Assembly (NCBI GenBank): GCA_021513695.1
Contig: CP084166.1
Span: 1 to 64,000 of the forward strand
Direction of reading: 5' to 3'
Source of the DNA: Candidatus Heimdallarchaeum aukensis
GTDB taxonomy: Archaea; Asgardarchaeota; Heimdallarchaeia; Heimdallarchaeales; Heimdallarchaeaceae
Length of the DNA: 64,000 nt
Positions 1 through 8,530 of this stretch are shown piece after piece. The notes under the pieces are model-generated. The model was not told the origin of the DNA. It saw only the letters and a list, made by a program, of their open reading frames with translations, and ran no database searches. Every line of letters begins with the position of its first letter. The stretch's first letter is position 1. Both the position numbers and the translations under genes were made by a program.

Positions 1-200
1 TTACTTCGCTTAACGTTTTCTTTTTTTTTTATCTCCATATGAATTTTTCGATATTTATTTTCCATCTCGAGTTGGAATCTTCTAACTTTGCTATATGAAA
101 AACTGTTTTTCTTTCGTTTTGTAGGATTAGCTCTTTTATATTTTCGTTTGTATAAGTTATTGTGATTTTATCAGCAAAAATTTTTTTTGTTTTGTCTTTT

Positions 201-686
201 CTATCTTACTCCCATATTCCAAGCTAATCTTTTTGCAGTTACTCTTTCCCATTTGTTCAAGGCGCTTTTTGCTGAAATAGTTTCTGTCAAGAACGTATGC
301 GGGAAATCTTTTATGAATTTAATTAAATCTTCTTTACTTTCTACTTTTTCTAAAAGGGCAGGAGTGATGAAGAATGTTACTGAAAAACCTGGTTCTGGTT
401 CTGACATTACTATTCCTGTTTCTTTAAATAGTGTTTTGCAAATTCGCTTTAACAACATATCATCAAATGGATCTTTTATTTCTATTATTAGTGATATTAG
501 GCTAGAATTTTTTGTTTTTTCTATTAACCCATTTTGTAGAAAATATTGTTTTAAGTCCATTTCTTGACATTCTTTACAAACTACACATGGGTAATTTATT
601 CCTTTCATTGGACAAATAAAGTTGGAAACATTAAAAGCTTCTCTTATTTTTCTCTCATCATCCCAAAATTCGCTCTGTGAAGACAT
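201..686 (-). CDS. hypothetical Cys-rich protein (CPxxxxxxxCxxCxxC cluster, possible metal-binding)
   Basis: 161-aa ORF. Cys cluster 'CPMKGINYPCVVCKEC'. No recognisable enzymatic motif. Confidence 0.3.
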   Translation of the reverse strand: MSSQSEFWDDERKIREAFNVSNFICPMKGINYPCVVCKECQEMDLKQYFLQNGLIEKTKNSSLISLIIEIKDPFDDMLLKRICKTLFKETGIVMSEPEPGFSVTFFITPALLEKVESKEDLIKFIKDFPHTFLTETISAKSALNKWERVTAKRLAWNMGVR

Positions 687-745
687 TTGTTACTCCTTTA
701 TTTCATTTTTTTACTATATTAAAGATTTATTGATAACTAAAGAAA

Positions 746-1192
746 TTAAACATAAAAGATTTTTTCACTCTGTTTAATAAATTTCTTATCTCTTCTTATC
801 CAAGTAGGATAGGAAAAAGCTTTCATATTTTTAGAAATAGTCTCCTTTAATTCCCACAAATAACGAAAGCTCTCTTCAATATTTTTATCAAAAGATTCTA
901 AAAATGTTTTTGAGGATTTTTTGAACTTTTTTAGTCTCTCTGTTGCCTTAACAGGATTAGCTGTTCCTCTTGTTTTTTTAAATTCTCCCTGCCATTCATA
1001 GAATTCTTTAAGATTGTAGAGATATTTCATTTCAACAATAATTAATTCTAAATCTGCACGAATATCCCATAAAGCTTCTCTATTCTCGCTTGGAGGGATA
1101 TCTTCTTTATTCAATGAAGAACGAACGCGGGAGTATTTGTTAAGTATCTTCTTTATTCTCTTTTTCAGATCTTCTTCGTTCACTTGAAGCAT
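746..1192 (-). CDS. hypothetical protein
   Basis: 148-aa ORF, Lys/Glu-rich, no recognised motif. Confidence 0.3.
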   Translation of the reverse strand: MLQVNEEDLKKRIKKILNKYSRVRSSLNKEDIPPSENREALWDIRADLELIIVEMKYLYNLKEFYEWQGEFKKTRGTANPVKATERLKKFKKSSKTFLESFDKNIEESFRYLWELKETISKNMKAFSYPTWIRRDKKFIKQSEKIFYV

Positions 1193-1248
1193 TAAGGAAG
1201 AAATGAATAGCCTTGTTTAAAAGTATTCCTTTTTTCTTAATTTAGCAT

Positions 1249-2487
1249 TTGAAACAGAATAGGTCTAGAAACACTATTAAATGCTTGATTTCAAGAAATC
1301 ACATGCAATCAGTAAAAAGATTCAACAAAGAATTTCTTATTGATGAAAAAATGATCTATTTGGATTCGGCAACAACAGGGAGGATACCAAAAGAATCTTT
1401 TGAAGAGTTGTCTTCCTTCATCCTTGAATGTAATGGTTTTCCTCGTGGAGCAACACATAAACTAGGTATTTGTGCAAGTAAAGCATTAAGAAAAGCTAGA
1501 GAAAGCATAAGTGAATTTTTTAAAGTTAATCCTAAAAATCTATTTTTCCTACCTAGTATTGAGGTAGCCCTAATAAACAACATTTTCTCTCACAACTGGG
1601 CAGAAGGAGAAGAAATAATTACAAGTTTAGCCGAAGAACATTCAATTCTTGCCCCAATTTTAAAAGGTAGTAAAAAGTTAGGTTATTCAGTTACCTATCT
1701 CACTTTAGAAGATGAAAAGGATATTATAAACGCTCTAAAAAATAAAATAACTGAAAAGACAAGATTTGTCATTCTGTCCGCAGTAACTTATATAATAGGA
1801 TCAAAAAGAGATTGGAGAAAAATAATAGAAGTAACAAAAGAAAAAAAAGTGAAATTTATTTTAGATATAAGTAAAATAGTAGGACACGAGCCTTTGTACT
1901 TTAAAGATGAATGTCCTGATGCAGTAATATTTTCATCTTCTGTGGGTGCATTAGGTTTACCAGGAGTTGCAGTACAAATATCAAAAGATGAATATATTCA
2001 AGAATTCGACCCAGTTCTTGTGGGTTCAAATTCTATTAGATTGATGAAAAAAGATGAATATGAACTAGCAGCACCTTCTCTTAAATATGAACCAGGAGTG
2101 CCAAATCTGCCTGGAATAATAGCTCTAGCAAAAAGTTTGGAAGTGTTAAAAGAGATAGGGCTAGAAAAAATAAAAGAACATGAGAACAAACTAAAAGAAA
2201 TAATAGAGTCAAAAATAGAAGAAGACCCAAATATAGAAACAATCACTTTAGAAGGAATAGAAAAAGGACCAATATATACATTACAAATTAAAGGATTTGA
2301 CCCTTATGACATAGCAATAATACTAGAAGATGTGGGTAACATAATAGTAAGAGCAGGATCCTTTTGCTCACACTTGTTAATGGATGAACTAGAAAAAGAA
2401 AATGTGCTACAAATATCTACTCATGTATACAATACAGAAGAAGAAATAAACAAGTTATTTGAAACATTAAAGATGCTAAATGAATAA
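1249..2487 (+). CDS. class V aminotransferase-fold protein (cysteine desulfurase/SufS-like); PLP-lysine apparently absent
   Basis: N-terminal 'IYLDSATTG' matches the 'YLDNAATT' start of cysteine desulfurases. C-terminal 'RAGSFCSHLLM' resembles the catalytic Cys loop. Expected 'S-x-H-K' PLP site reads 'FSSSVGALGLPG' (no Lys). The real start is probably an internal Met (1303 or 1351). Confidence 0.6.
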   Translation: MKQNRSRNTIKCLISRNHMQSVKRFNKEFLIDEKMIYLDSATTGRIPKESFEELSSFILECNGFPRGATHKLGICASKALRKARESISEFFKVNPKNLFFLPSIEVALINNIFSHNWAEGEEIITSLAEEHSILAPILKGSKKLGYSVTYLTLEDEKDIINALKNKITEKTRFVILSAVTYIIGSKRDWRKIIEVTKEKKVKFILDISKIVGHEPLYFKDECPDAVIFSSSVGALGLPGVAVQISKDEYIQEFDPVLVGSNSIRLMKKDEYELAAPSLKYEPGVPNLPGIIALAKSLEVLKEIGLEKIKEHENKLKEIIESKIEEDPNIETITLEGIEKGPIYTLQIKGFDPYDIAIILEDVGNIIVRAGSFCSHLLMDELEKENVLQISTHVYNTEEEINKLFETLKMLNE

Positions 2488-2826
2488 ATGTAGGCTTTGA
2501 AAATAATAACTGGGTCACCTTAGCTTCTTTATGGCATTGCTCACGCTTCACCAAATGCCTTACGATCATCCCCATTTTGTACGTACGAAAGTATGTATAA
2601 AAAAACTTCTTCTTTAATCTTTCTAAATTTTTCTAATGCTACTCTTTTGATAAACATTAGAAAAGTGAATGATTCTTCTTCGAATTTTTGAATTATAGAA
2701 CTTAAAAGGAGAAATATAAAATAACTGTAAAAATTATTCAAGAAAAGAAATATACTAATTTATCTTGTGGGAGAAGAATAAAAAAAAGTAATTGTACAGA
2801 TATTACCTATCCTCTCATCAAAAAAA

Positions 2827-3261
2827 CTAAAACAAATGAATAAAAAAGAGTATAAATCCTATTAACGTTACAATTATTCCAATGATAAGCAGATACAGAT
2901 CTAATGTTTTTATTGTTAAAGAGTTAAGCATTTCTTGAGCCTTTGACTGATTATTCATTTTTATTAATTTACGAAGAACTAGTATTAACGAGATGAAACA
3001 TGAAGTTCCGGCAATAAAACATAAAAATATTCCAGAAATAGCAATTAATAGATCATAAATTAAAATCTTATTATCACGTAATTTCGGAGATGCAAAGAGG
3101 AAAATTAAAACAAATATCAAAGTAAAGAAAGCCATAATTATGGCTTCTATTCCTAGTTTTAATAATATAGGAGTTAACTTTTTACCATCGTATACTCTAT
3201 ATTCAGAAAACTTTTTATCATCGTCTAATTTAGATCCATTATCAGATTTAGATCTATTCAT
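2827..3261 (-). CDS. small integral membrane protein (hypothetical)
   Basis: 144 aa. Several hydrophobic helices after a hydrophilic N-terminus. Confidence 0.35.
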   Translation of the reverse strand: MNRSKSDNGSKLDDDKKFSEYRVYDGKKLTPILLKLGIEAIIMAFFTLIFVLIFLFASPKLRDNKILIYDLLIAISGIFLCFIAGTSCFISLILVLRKLIKMNNQSKAQEMLNSLTIKTLDLYLLIIGIIVTLIGFILFFIHLF

Positions 3262-3528
3262 TGTATTTCACTTTAATTAACTTTGTATATTTATATCTTT
3301 TTCAACAGAATCTCAATAATTAAAGGTGCTAATGAACCTATTACTCCCAGAAAGAAGAAAAACAATTAGTATGAAGCAACTAAAAGGAATGATACAGCTA
3401 CTTTCTTCAGGTGTAGTAATTAAACTAGCTGCTCCTAAAGCATCTGCTAAATGTAATATCACAGCGGTAGAAGCAGTTAAGATAAATAAGCAAAAAAATT
3501 TAATAAGCAAAAGCAAATTTTATAGTTT

Positions 3529-5187
3529 ATGCAAAATGTCCCTAAAATTTTAAGTATTTCTGCTCTAGTAGCTAATATTCTTAATATATTTTTTCTAATT
3601 ATTTCGTTTTTATTTACATATATTGATCTTAATGATGAAGTTCTTAGTTTTCTTAACTCTTTTTACTTTTTTATAATTCTTTATGTTATTAGTGTGATTA
3701 TTTTTGCAAATGAAAGTTGGGAAGTTCTTTACAATTCTCCAAAAATTGACATTTTTCACGAATATGTAAATGAGAAAGAAACAAAATCTTTTCTTTTATT
3801 TGGAATTTTAGCTATAATAACAAGTTTTTTGTCATTCAGTCTTGGAAAACTACGCTTTGAATTTAATTTTTCCCAAAATATAGTTATTTTTCTATCTGGA
3901 ATTTTGATCATTCTTTTATTAGTTTTTGGGTTAAATTTTGCAAAAAAAGCTAATTCTGGACAAGAAACAATTTACAAATCAGTACCTATAAAAGATTATA
4001 ATATACTTACCTCTGGATATAAAAATTATATGTTCTTTTTTTTGTTTACACTTTTATACAATCCAGAAGTTTTTTCTATTGTAGCAGGAACTCTGTTTTT
4101 GATTAGGATCATTAACTATTTTTTAAAAAATAAGAAAGATGAAAAAAACTCCGAGAATAAAAGTGAAACCAAGAAACGTTTCTTTCAAAAAATTAAACAA
4201 ATATTTATAATAAAAGAAAAAGCTAAACAGGAAACGTTTTTATTTGCGCCAAAAAAGCAAAAAATATATACATATTATATCCAAATGGGTATTATCTTTT
4301 ACTTTATTTATTTGCATTTTATTCATTGGTTATTGCTAAGTGTAACAAGTAATTTTGCGGATTATTCATTTTATAATAAGATATTAGGTGTTGTTATTGC
4401 GATTTTTCTAATTCTGATGAATCATCCTTGGAACAAAGGTTTTGTCCAATTTATTATTCTGGGGATTGAAATTGTTGGAATTATTGCTATTACTCTGCTT
4501 TACTTATATATTCCTGCAAATATTCATTTAGGAACATTAATCTGGAAGTTTATAAGCAATGAATATTTTGGTGTTCAATATGATAGGTTAATTACAATTA
4601 ATATTTTTAATAATCCACTCCAAATCTCATTTTTTGGATTTGGAATCTATATCATTAATGTTTTACTTGCTGTTAATTTGGGGATTATCGGAAGTTTGGT
4701 TCTTAAAAAAGATTTTATTTTTAATTCTGTTCCACAAACGAAGAGCCCAAAAAATCATGCAATTTCTATGATGGAAACCCATGTCTGGCTAAAACGATTG
4801 AATCTTATCGTAATCACTATTTTTGAAGGTGGAATCTTCAGTTTATCTCTGATTGCTTATTATGAAATTCAACCAGATTTTAAACTTATCGGATTTATTT
4901 TGGCATTTATAACTATATATGTCGTTTTTTTAGTTATCATTCTTAGCTACTATGAAGAATATAAAGTGATTGAGAAAATTCGAACAAGATTAAGAAAAAT
5001 TTATTCGCTTGATGTTTTTCGAGTAGATGACTTAATTGAGAGTGCATTCGAGATAAATATGCAACAATATCATGCTAGTAAAATCAAAAATAAAGAATAT
5101 AAACAAAAGGCAAAAAAAGATTGTGAAACTGCTGTAATACTGTTGGTCGTTTTGGTAATTGGATTGCTTATTTACAGTTCGATGTAA
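3529..5187 (+). CDS. polytopic membrane protein (hypothetical)
   Basis: 552 aa with many predicted TM helices and no catalytic motif recognised. Confidence 0.4.
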   Translation: MQNVPKILSISALVANILNIFFLIISFLFTYIDLNDEVLSFLNSFYFFIILYVISVIIFANESWEVLYNSPKIDIFHEYVNEKETKSFLLFGILAIITSFLSFSLGKLRFEFNFSQNIVIFLSGILIILLLVFGLNFAKKANSGQETIYKSVPIKDYNILTSGYKNYMFFFLFTLLYNPEVFSIVAGTLFLIRIINYFLKNKKDEKNSENKSETKKRFFQKIKQIFIIKEKAKQETFLFAPKKQKIYTYYIQMGIIFYFIYLHFIHWLLLSVTSNFADYSFYNKILGVVIAIFLILMNHPWNKGFVQFIILGIEIVGIIAITLLYLYIPANIHLGTLIWKFISNEYFGVQYDRLITINIFNNPLQISFFGFGIYIINVLLAVNLGIIGSLVLKKDFIFNSVPQTKSPKNHAISMMETHVWLKRLNLIVITIFEGGIFSLSLIAYYEIQPDFKLIGFILAFITIYVVFLVIILSYYEEYKVIEKIRTRLRKIYSLDVFRVDDLIESAFEINMQQYHASKIKNKEYKQKAKKDCETAVILLVVLVIGLLIYSSM

Positions 5188-5518
5188 ATTTTTAACTTAT
5201 CATACTTTTTCTTTCTATCCGAGATCTACATGCAAAAATTTTTTCCTTCTAGTTACCATATTGAAGAATTAAAGGCCGATAAGTTTCTTATTACTACCAG
5301 AAAAAACTTATGCTTGTAAAATTACAACCTTAAATATAAAGGAGATTAATTTAAATACAAGATTACATATATTTCACAAGGTTAATCAAGGGGGTGTAAA
5401 TATCCAAGAAAAACTTGATTTTGATAAAATACCTGTAGTTGATAGCATTCAATGGAAAACTTTTGGAATAACTTACAAAGATCAAACAATTATAGGGCTT
5501 GGTTTATATGATCACGGA

Positions 5519-6577
5519 TTGGTTAAATTTCCAAGCGATATAACTTCATTACAAAATCTGCAAACGTTACAGATTAATGAAAATCAACTAGAATCTCTTC
5601 CAGAATCTATTGGTGAACTAAAAAATTTAGCAGAGTTATATTTAAGACAAAATAATTTGAAATCTCTTCCAGAATCTATTGGGTATTTAACTGAACTCCA
5701 AGTTTTGGAATTGACTACAAATAAACTCACATCTTTACCTGAAACTATTGGTAATTTGAAAAATTTGAAAGAATTAATAATTTGCGGAAATAATTTAACC
5801 TCTCTTCCTGAATCAATAGGTGATTTATCTGAACTAGAAGTCTTGAACTTATATAATAATAAGTTAACATCTTTGCCTGAAAGTATTGGTAACTTAAAAA
5901 AGTTAAAGGAACTAAGTGTAAACAAAAACAATTTAACTTCTCTACCTAAGACAATAGGAAATTTGACAAATTTAGAAATCTTAGAATTAACTTTTAACAA
6001 TATTGAAGTTTTGCCAGACAGTATAGGAGAACTAAGTAGGCTGCAAAAGCTTTTTTTAGACTATAATTCTCTTCGTAATTTACCTGACGACATTAAAAAC
6101 TTAAGAAATATTCAACTCCTTCATCTTGCGCGTAATAACTTAACTACTTTTCCAGAATCAATCTGCAAATTAAATAGTTTAACATTATTGAACCTAGCAG
6201 GAAATAAATTATCATTGTTACCTGAATGTATTGGTAATTTAAGCAAATTGAAGACATTAGATCTTAAAAGTAATCAATTAAGTGAATTACCAAATAGTAT
6301 AGATAAGCTAACAAGTCTTCAAGTACTTGATTTAGGTAACAATAAATTCGAATACTTACCAGAGAGAATATGTTATATTGACACTTTACAGATTTTGAAA
6401 CTTTATGGCAATCAATTAAAGGATTTACCAGGAAATATAATGGAATTAAAAAACCTTCATTATTTAGATATTAGTGATAGTGATTTGTATTCTTTTTCTC
6501 CTGCAGTGAAAGAATGGTTGAAAGAATTTGATGAAAAAGCTACATTATACGTTTACTCAAGAGGAAAAAGTGCGTAA
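5519..6577 (+). CDS. leucine-rich repeat (LRR) protein, eukaryote-like 23-residue repeats
   Basis: About 14 tandem repeats of 'LxxLxxLxLxxNxLxSLPESIGNLxNL'. The track start is TTG at 5519. The reading frame is open upstream to a stop at 5333 with no in-frame ATG or GTG, so the true start is uncertain. Confidence 0.8.
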   Translation: MVKFPSDITSLQNLQTLQINENQLESLPESIGELKNLAELYLRQNNLKSLPESIGYLTELQVLELTTNKLTSLPETIGNLKNLKELIICGNNLTSLPESIGDLSELEVLNLYNNKLTSLPESIGNLKKLKELSVNKNNLTSLPKTIGNLTNLEILELTFNNIEVLPDSIGELSRLQKLFLDYNSLRNLPDDIKNLRNIQLLHLARNNLTTFPESICKLNSLTLLNLAGNKLSLLPECIGNLSKLKTLDLKSNQLSELPNSIDKLTSLQVLDLGNNKFEYLPERICYIDTLQILKLYGNQLKDLPGNIMELKNLHYLDISDSDLYSFSPAVKEWLKEFDEKATLYVYSRGKSA

Positions 6578-6886
6578 CTTTGTCAATAAAAAATAGAAAG
6601 GATGTTAAACTAAAAAATGCAAATAGAGGAAAAGTTGATTCATATACTAATTAAAACAAATTTACTGTTTTCAATAATCACTGATGTACTATAGAATTAG
6701 AAGCAAAAAAACTACTTTCTTAAGCTCTCTAAATTTTTTTGACAATATCCTCTTTCGGTAAAATTATTTAGTCTTGAAATCCTTATTTTTGCTCTTTTTA
6801 GAAGCATTTTTTCTTTTTTCTCTTAAACTTATTTAAGAATTTTATTTAATAATAATACTTATTAGAGTCTACGAAATTTCCAAGTT

Positions 6887-7342
6887 GTGGGTAAATTGGA
6901 TATAGAACACAGCGCGGGTATAGTTATTTACAACTCTGGAAGATACTTACTTTTAAATTATGGTCGTAGTTGGAACTCTCCTGATCGTTGGGGATTGACT
7001 AAAGGACACATTGAAAAAGGAGAAACAATAGAACAAGCTGCTTTAAGAGAAGCTTACGAAGAAACCGGCATCAAAAAAATAAAGATTTGTAAGGGTTTTA
7101 AGAATAAAGTTACTTATTATTTTAACAGAGGAGACAAAAGAATCAAAAAGACTGTGGTTTATTTAATAGGTATTACTGATGTAACTAAAGTTCATATTTC
7201 TGCTGAACATACTGGTTACTATTGGGCTAGCTATGAAAAAGCTTTAGAGATGTTAACTTTCGAAAATACAAGAAGAGTAATTAGAGCAGCAGAAGAATTT
7301 TTGAGAGAAAACGACCTAGCTGTAGATTTATATGAAGATTAA
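6887..7342 (+). CDS. NUDIX hydrolase
   Basis: Nudix box 'GHIEKGETIEQAALREAYEETGI' (GX5EX7REUXEEXGU). Confidence 0.8.
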   Translation: MGKLDIEHSAGIVIYNSGRYLLLNYGRSWNSPDRWGLTKGHIEKGETIEQAALREAYEETGIKKIKICKGFKNKVTYYFNRGDKRIKKTVVYLIGITDVTKVHISAEHTGYYWASYEKALEMLTFENTRRVIRAAEEFLRENDLAVDLYED

Positions 7343-7365
7343 TTTAAAAAAGTAAACTATAAGAA

Positions 7366-7950
7366 TTGAATAAAGGTGAAAAAATGGTACTAACTGAAGC
7401 AGATTTAGTAGCTAAGACTCCAGTTAAAAAACCAAAAACATTTAATCCTCTTGGTGCTGTTCTTTCTGGATTCTTTATAGCTGAAGGTTTTGTTTTAATA
7501 TTTAATTCAATGATAGACAGGTCAATAAATAGCTGGTATAGTTTTTTGGGAGCAGTATTCATAATTTTCTCAATACTCTCTTATTTTCTTTCTGTATCCT
7601 TAACTGCAAAGAAATTAGAGTTTTTCAAGCAATTAGATAAAGCCTATGATCTAAAAAAGAGCTTAATTGTCGAGTCACTTTTATTCTATATAGGTTTCAC
7701 TCCAATGTATGGTTTCTTTTTTGCTTATGGTGTTAAGGGTGTTCCTCTATGGGTATTTTTTGCAGTAATAGTTTTCGTTTGCCTTACATTTTCTTCACTT
7801 ACGATTTTTAACATATACCTTTTAGAAAAAGAAGAATCCAGAATGTATCACCTACTACAGTTTATCTATCAACCTAAAAGATGGCTCTTGTTAGTTTTTT
7901 CGACAATAACAATTTCATTATCATTAATTTTTCTTTTACTAATATCTTGA
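7366..7950 (+). CDS. membrane protein (hypothetical)
   Basis: 194 aa with 4-5 hydrophobic helices. Confidence 0.4.
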   Translation: MNKGEKMVLTEADLVAKTPVKKPKTFNPLGAVLSGFFIAEGFVLIFNSMIDRSINSWYSFLGAVFIIFSILSYFLSVSLTAKKLEFFKQLDKAYDLKKSLIVESLLFYIGFTPMYGFFFAYGVKGVPLWVFFAVIVFVCLTFSSLTIFNIYLLEKEESRMYHLLQFIYQPKRWLLLVFSTITISLSLIFLLLIS

Positions 7951-7983
7951 AAAATAAAATGATAAAAACAGTAACTAAATAAT

Positions 7984-8376
7984 TTAATATGAAAGAATTT
8001 TGAATCCTTGTTTTAAAATAGAATCTTGAAGTTCCTTAAAAGCTTTTAATGCTTCATTAAAATCAGTTTTAGATACTTTTGTTTCAACTGACTTAAGTCC
8101 TGCTCCTCTGAACTTCCACAACTCTACACTATACATAAATTTTTCAGGATCTGGAATGTGTAGACCTGACCTATCATACACATAACCCGATCTTTCCCCA
8201 AAAGAAAGCATCAGAATAAACCAATAGTGAGGTCTTGCGTCTTCATCATCTGAAGGCTTTTCTAGAATAATCGTTTCTTCCATCTGTGCACTTTTTGTTT
8301 CTGCAGACAATTCTAATTTCTTTAAGTTACGATAAACTTCTGGAGGTAATTTACGAATTGACATAGTTTTGTTCAC
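7984..8376 (-). CDS. hypothetical protein
   Basis: 130-aa ORF, no motif recognised. Confidence 0.35.
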   Translation of the reverse strand: MNKTMSIRKLPPEVYRNLKKLELSAETKSAQMEETIILEKPSDDEDARPHYWFILMLSFGERSGYVYDRSGLHIPDPEKFMYSVELWKFRGAGLKSVETKVSKTDFNEALKAFKELQDSILKQGFKILSY

Positions 8377-8496
8377 CTAATATAAAACAAAAGATATTAT
8401 GATACATAAATTTATCTTATTAAAAATTTTTTGAATGGAGTTTCAAAATGCATTATCAGAATCAGATTTAAAAAGAATTTATAAATGAATATCTCT

Positions 8497-8512
8497 TTAT
8501 TATAATTATAAG
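8497..8512 (+). promoter_or_regulatory. candidate archaeal TATA box/BRE for polB (leaderless or short-leader transcript)
   Basis: 'ttattataattataag' lies about 20-30 bp upstream of the polB ATG (8531). A second TATA-like 'tttataaat' sits at 8478..8486. Confidence 0.25.
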
Positions 8513-8530
8513 ACAAAAGAGCGTAAGAAT

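Noticed and set aside
5584-6000. 138-aa antisense ORF inside the LRR gene
   Set aside because: This is a mirror-frame product of the repetitive LRR coding sequence and is itself repetitive. The sense-strand LRR gene is far better supported.
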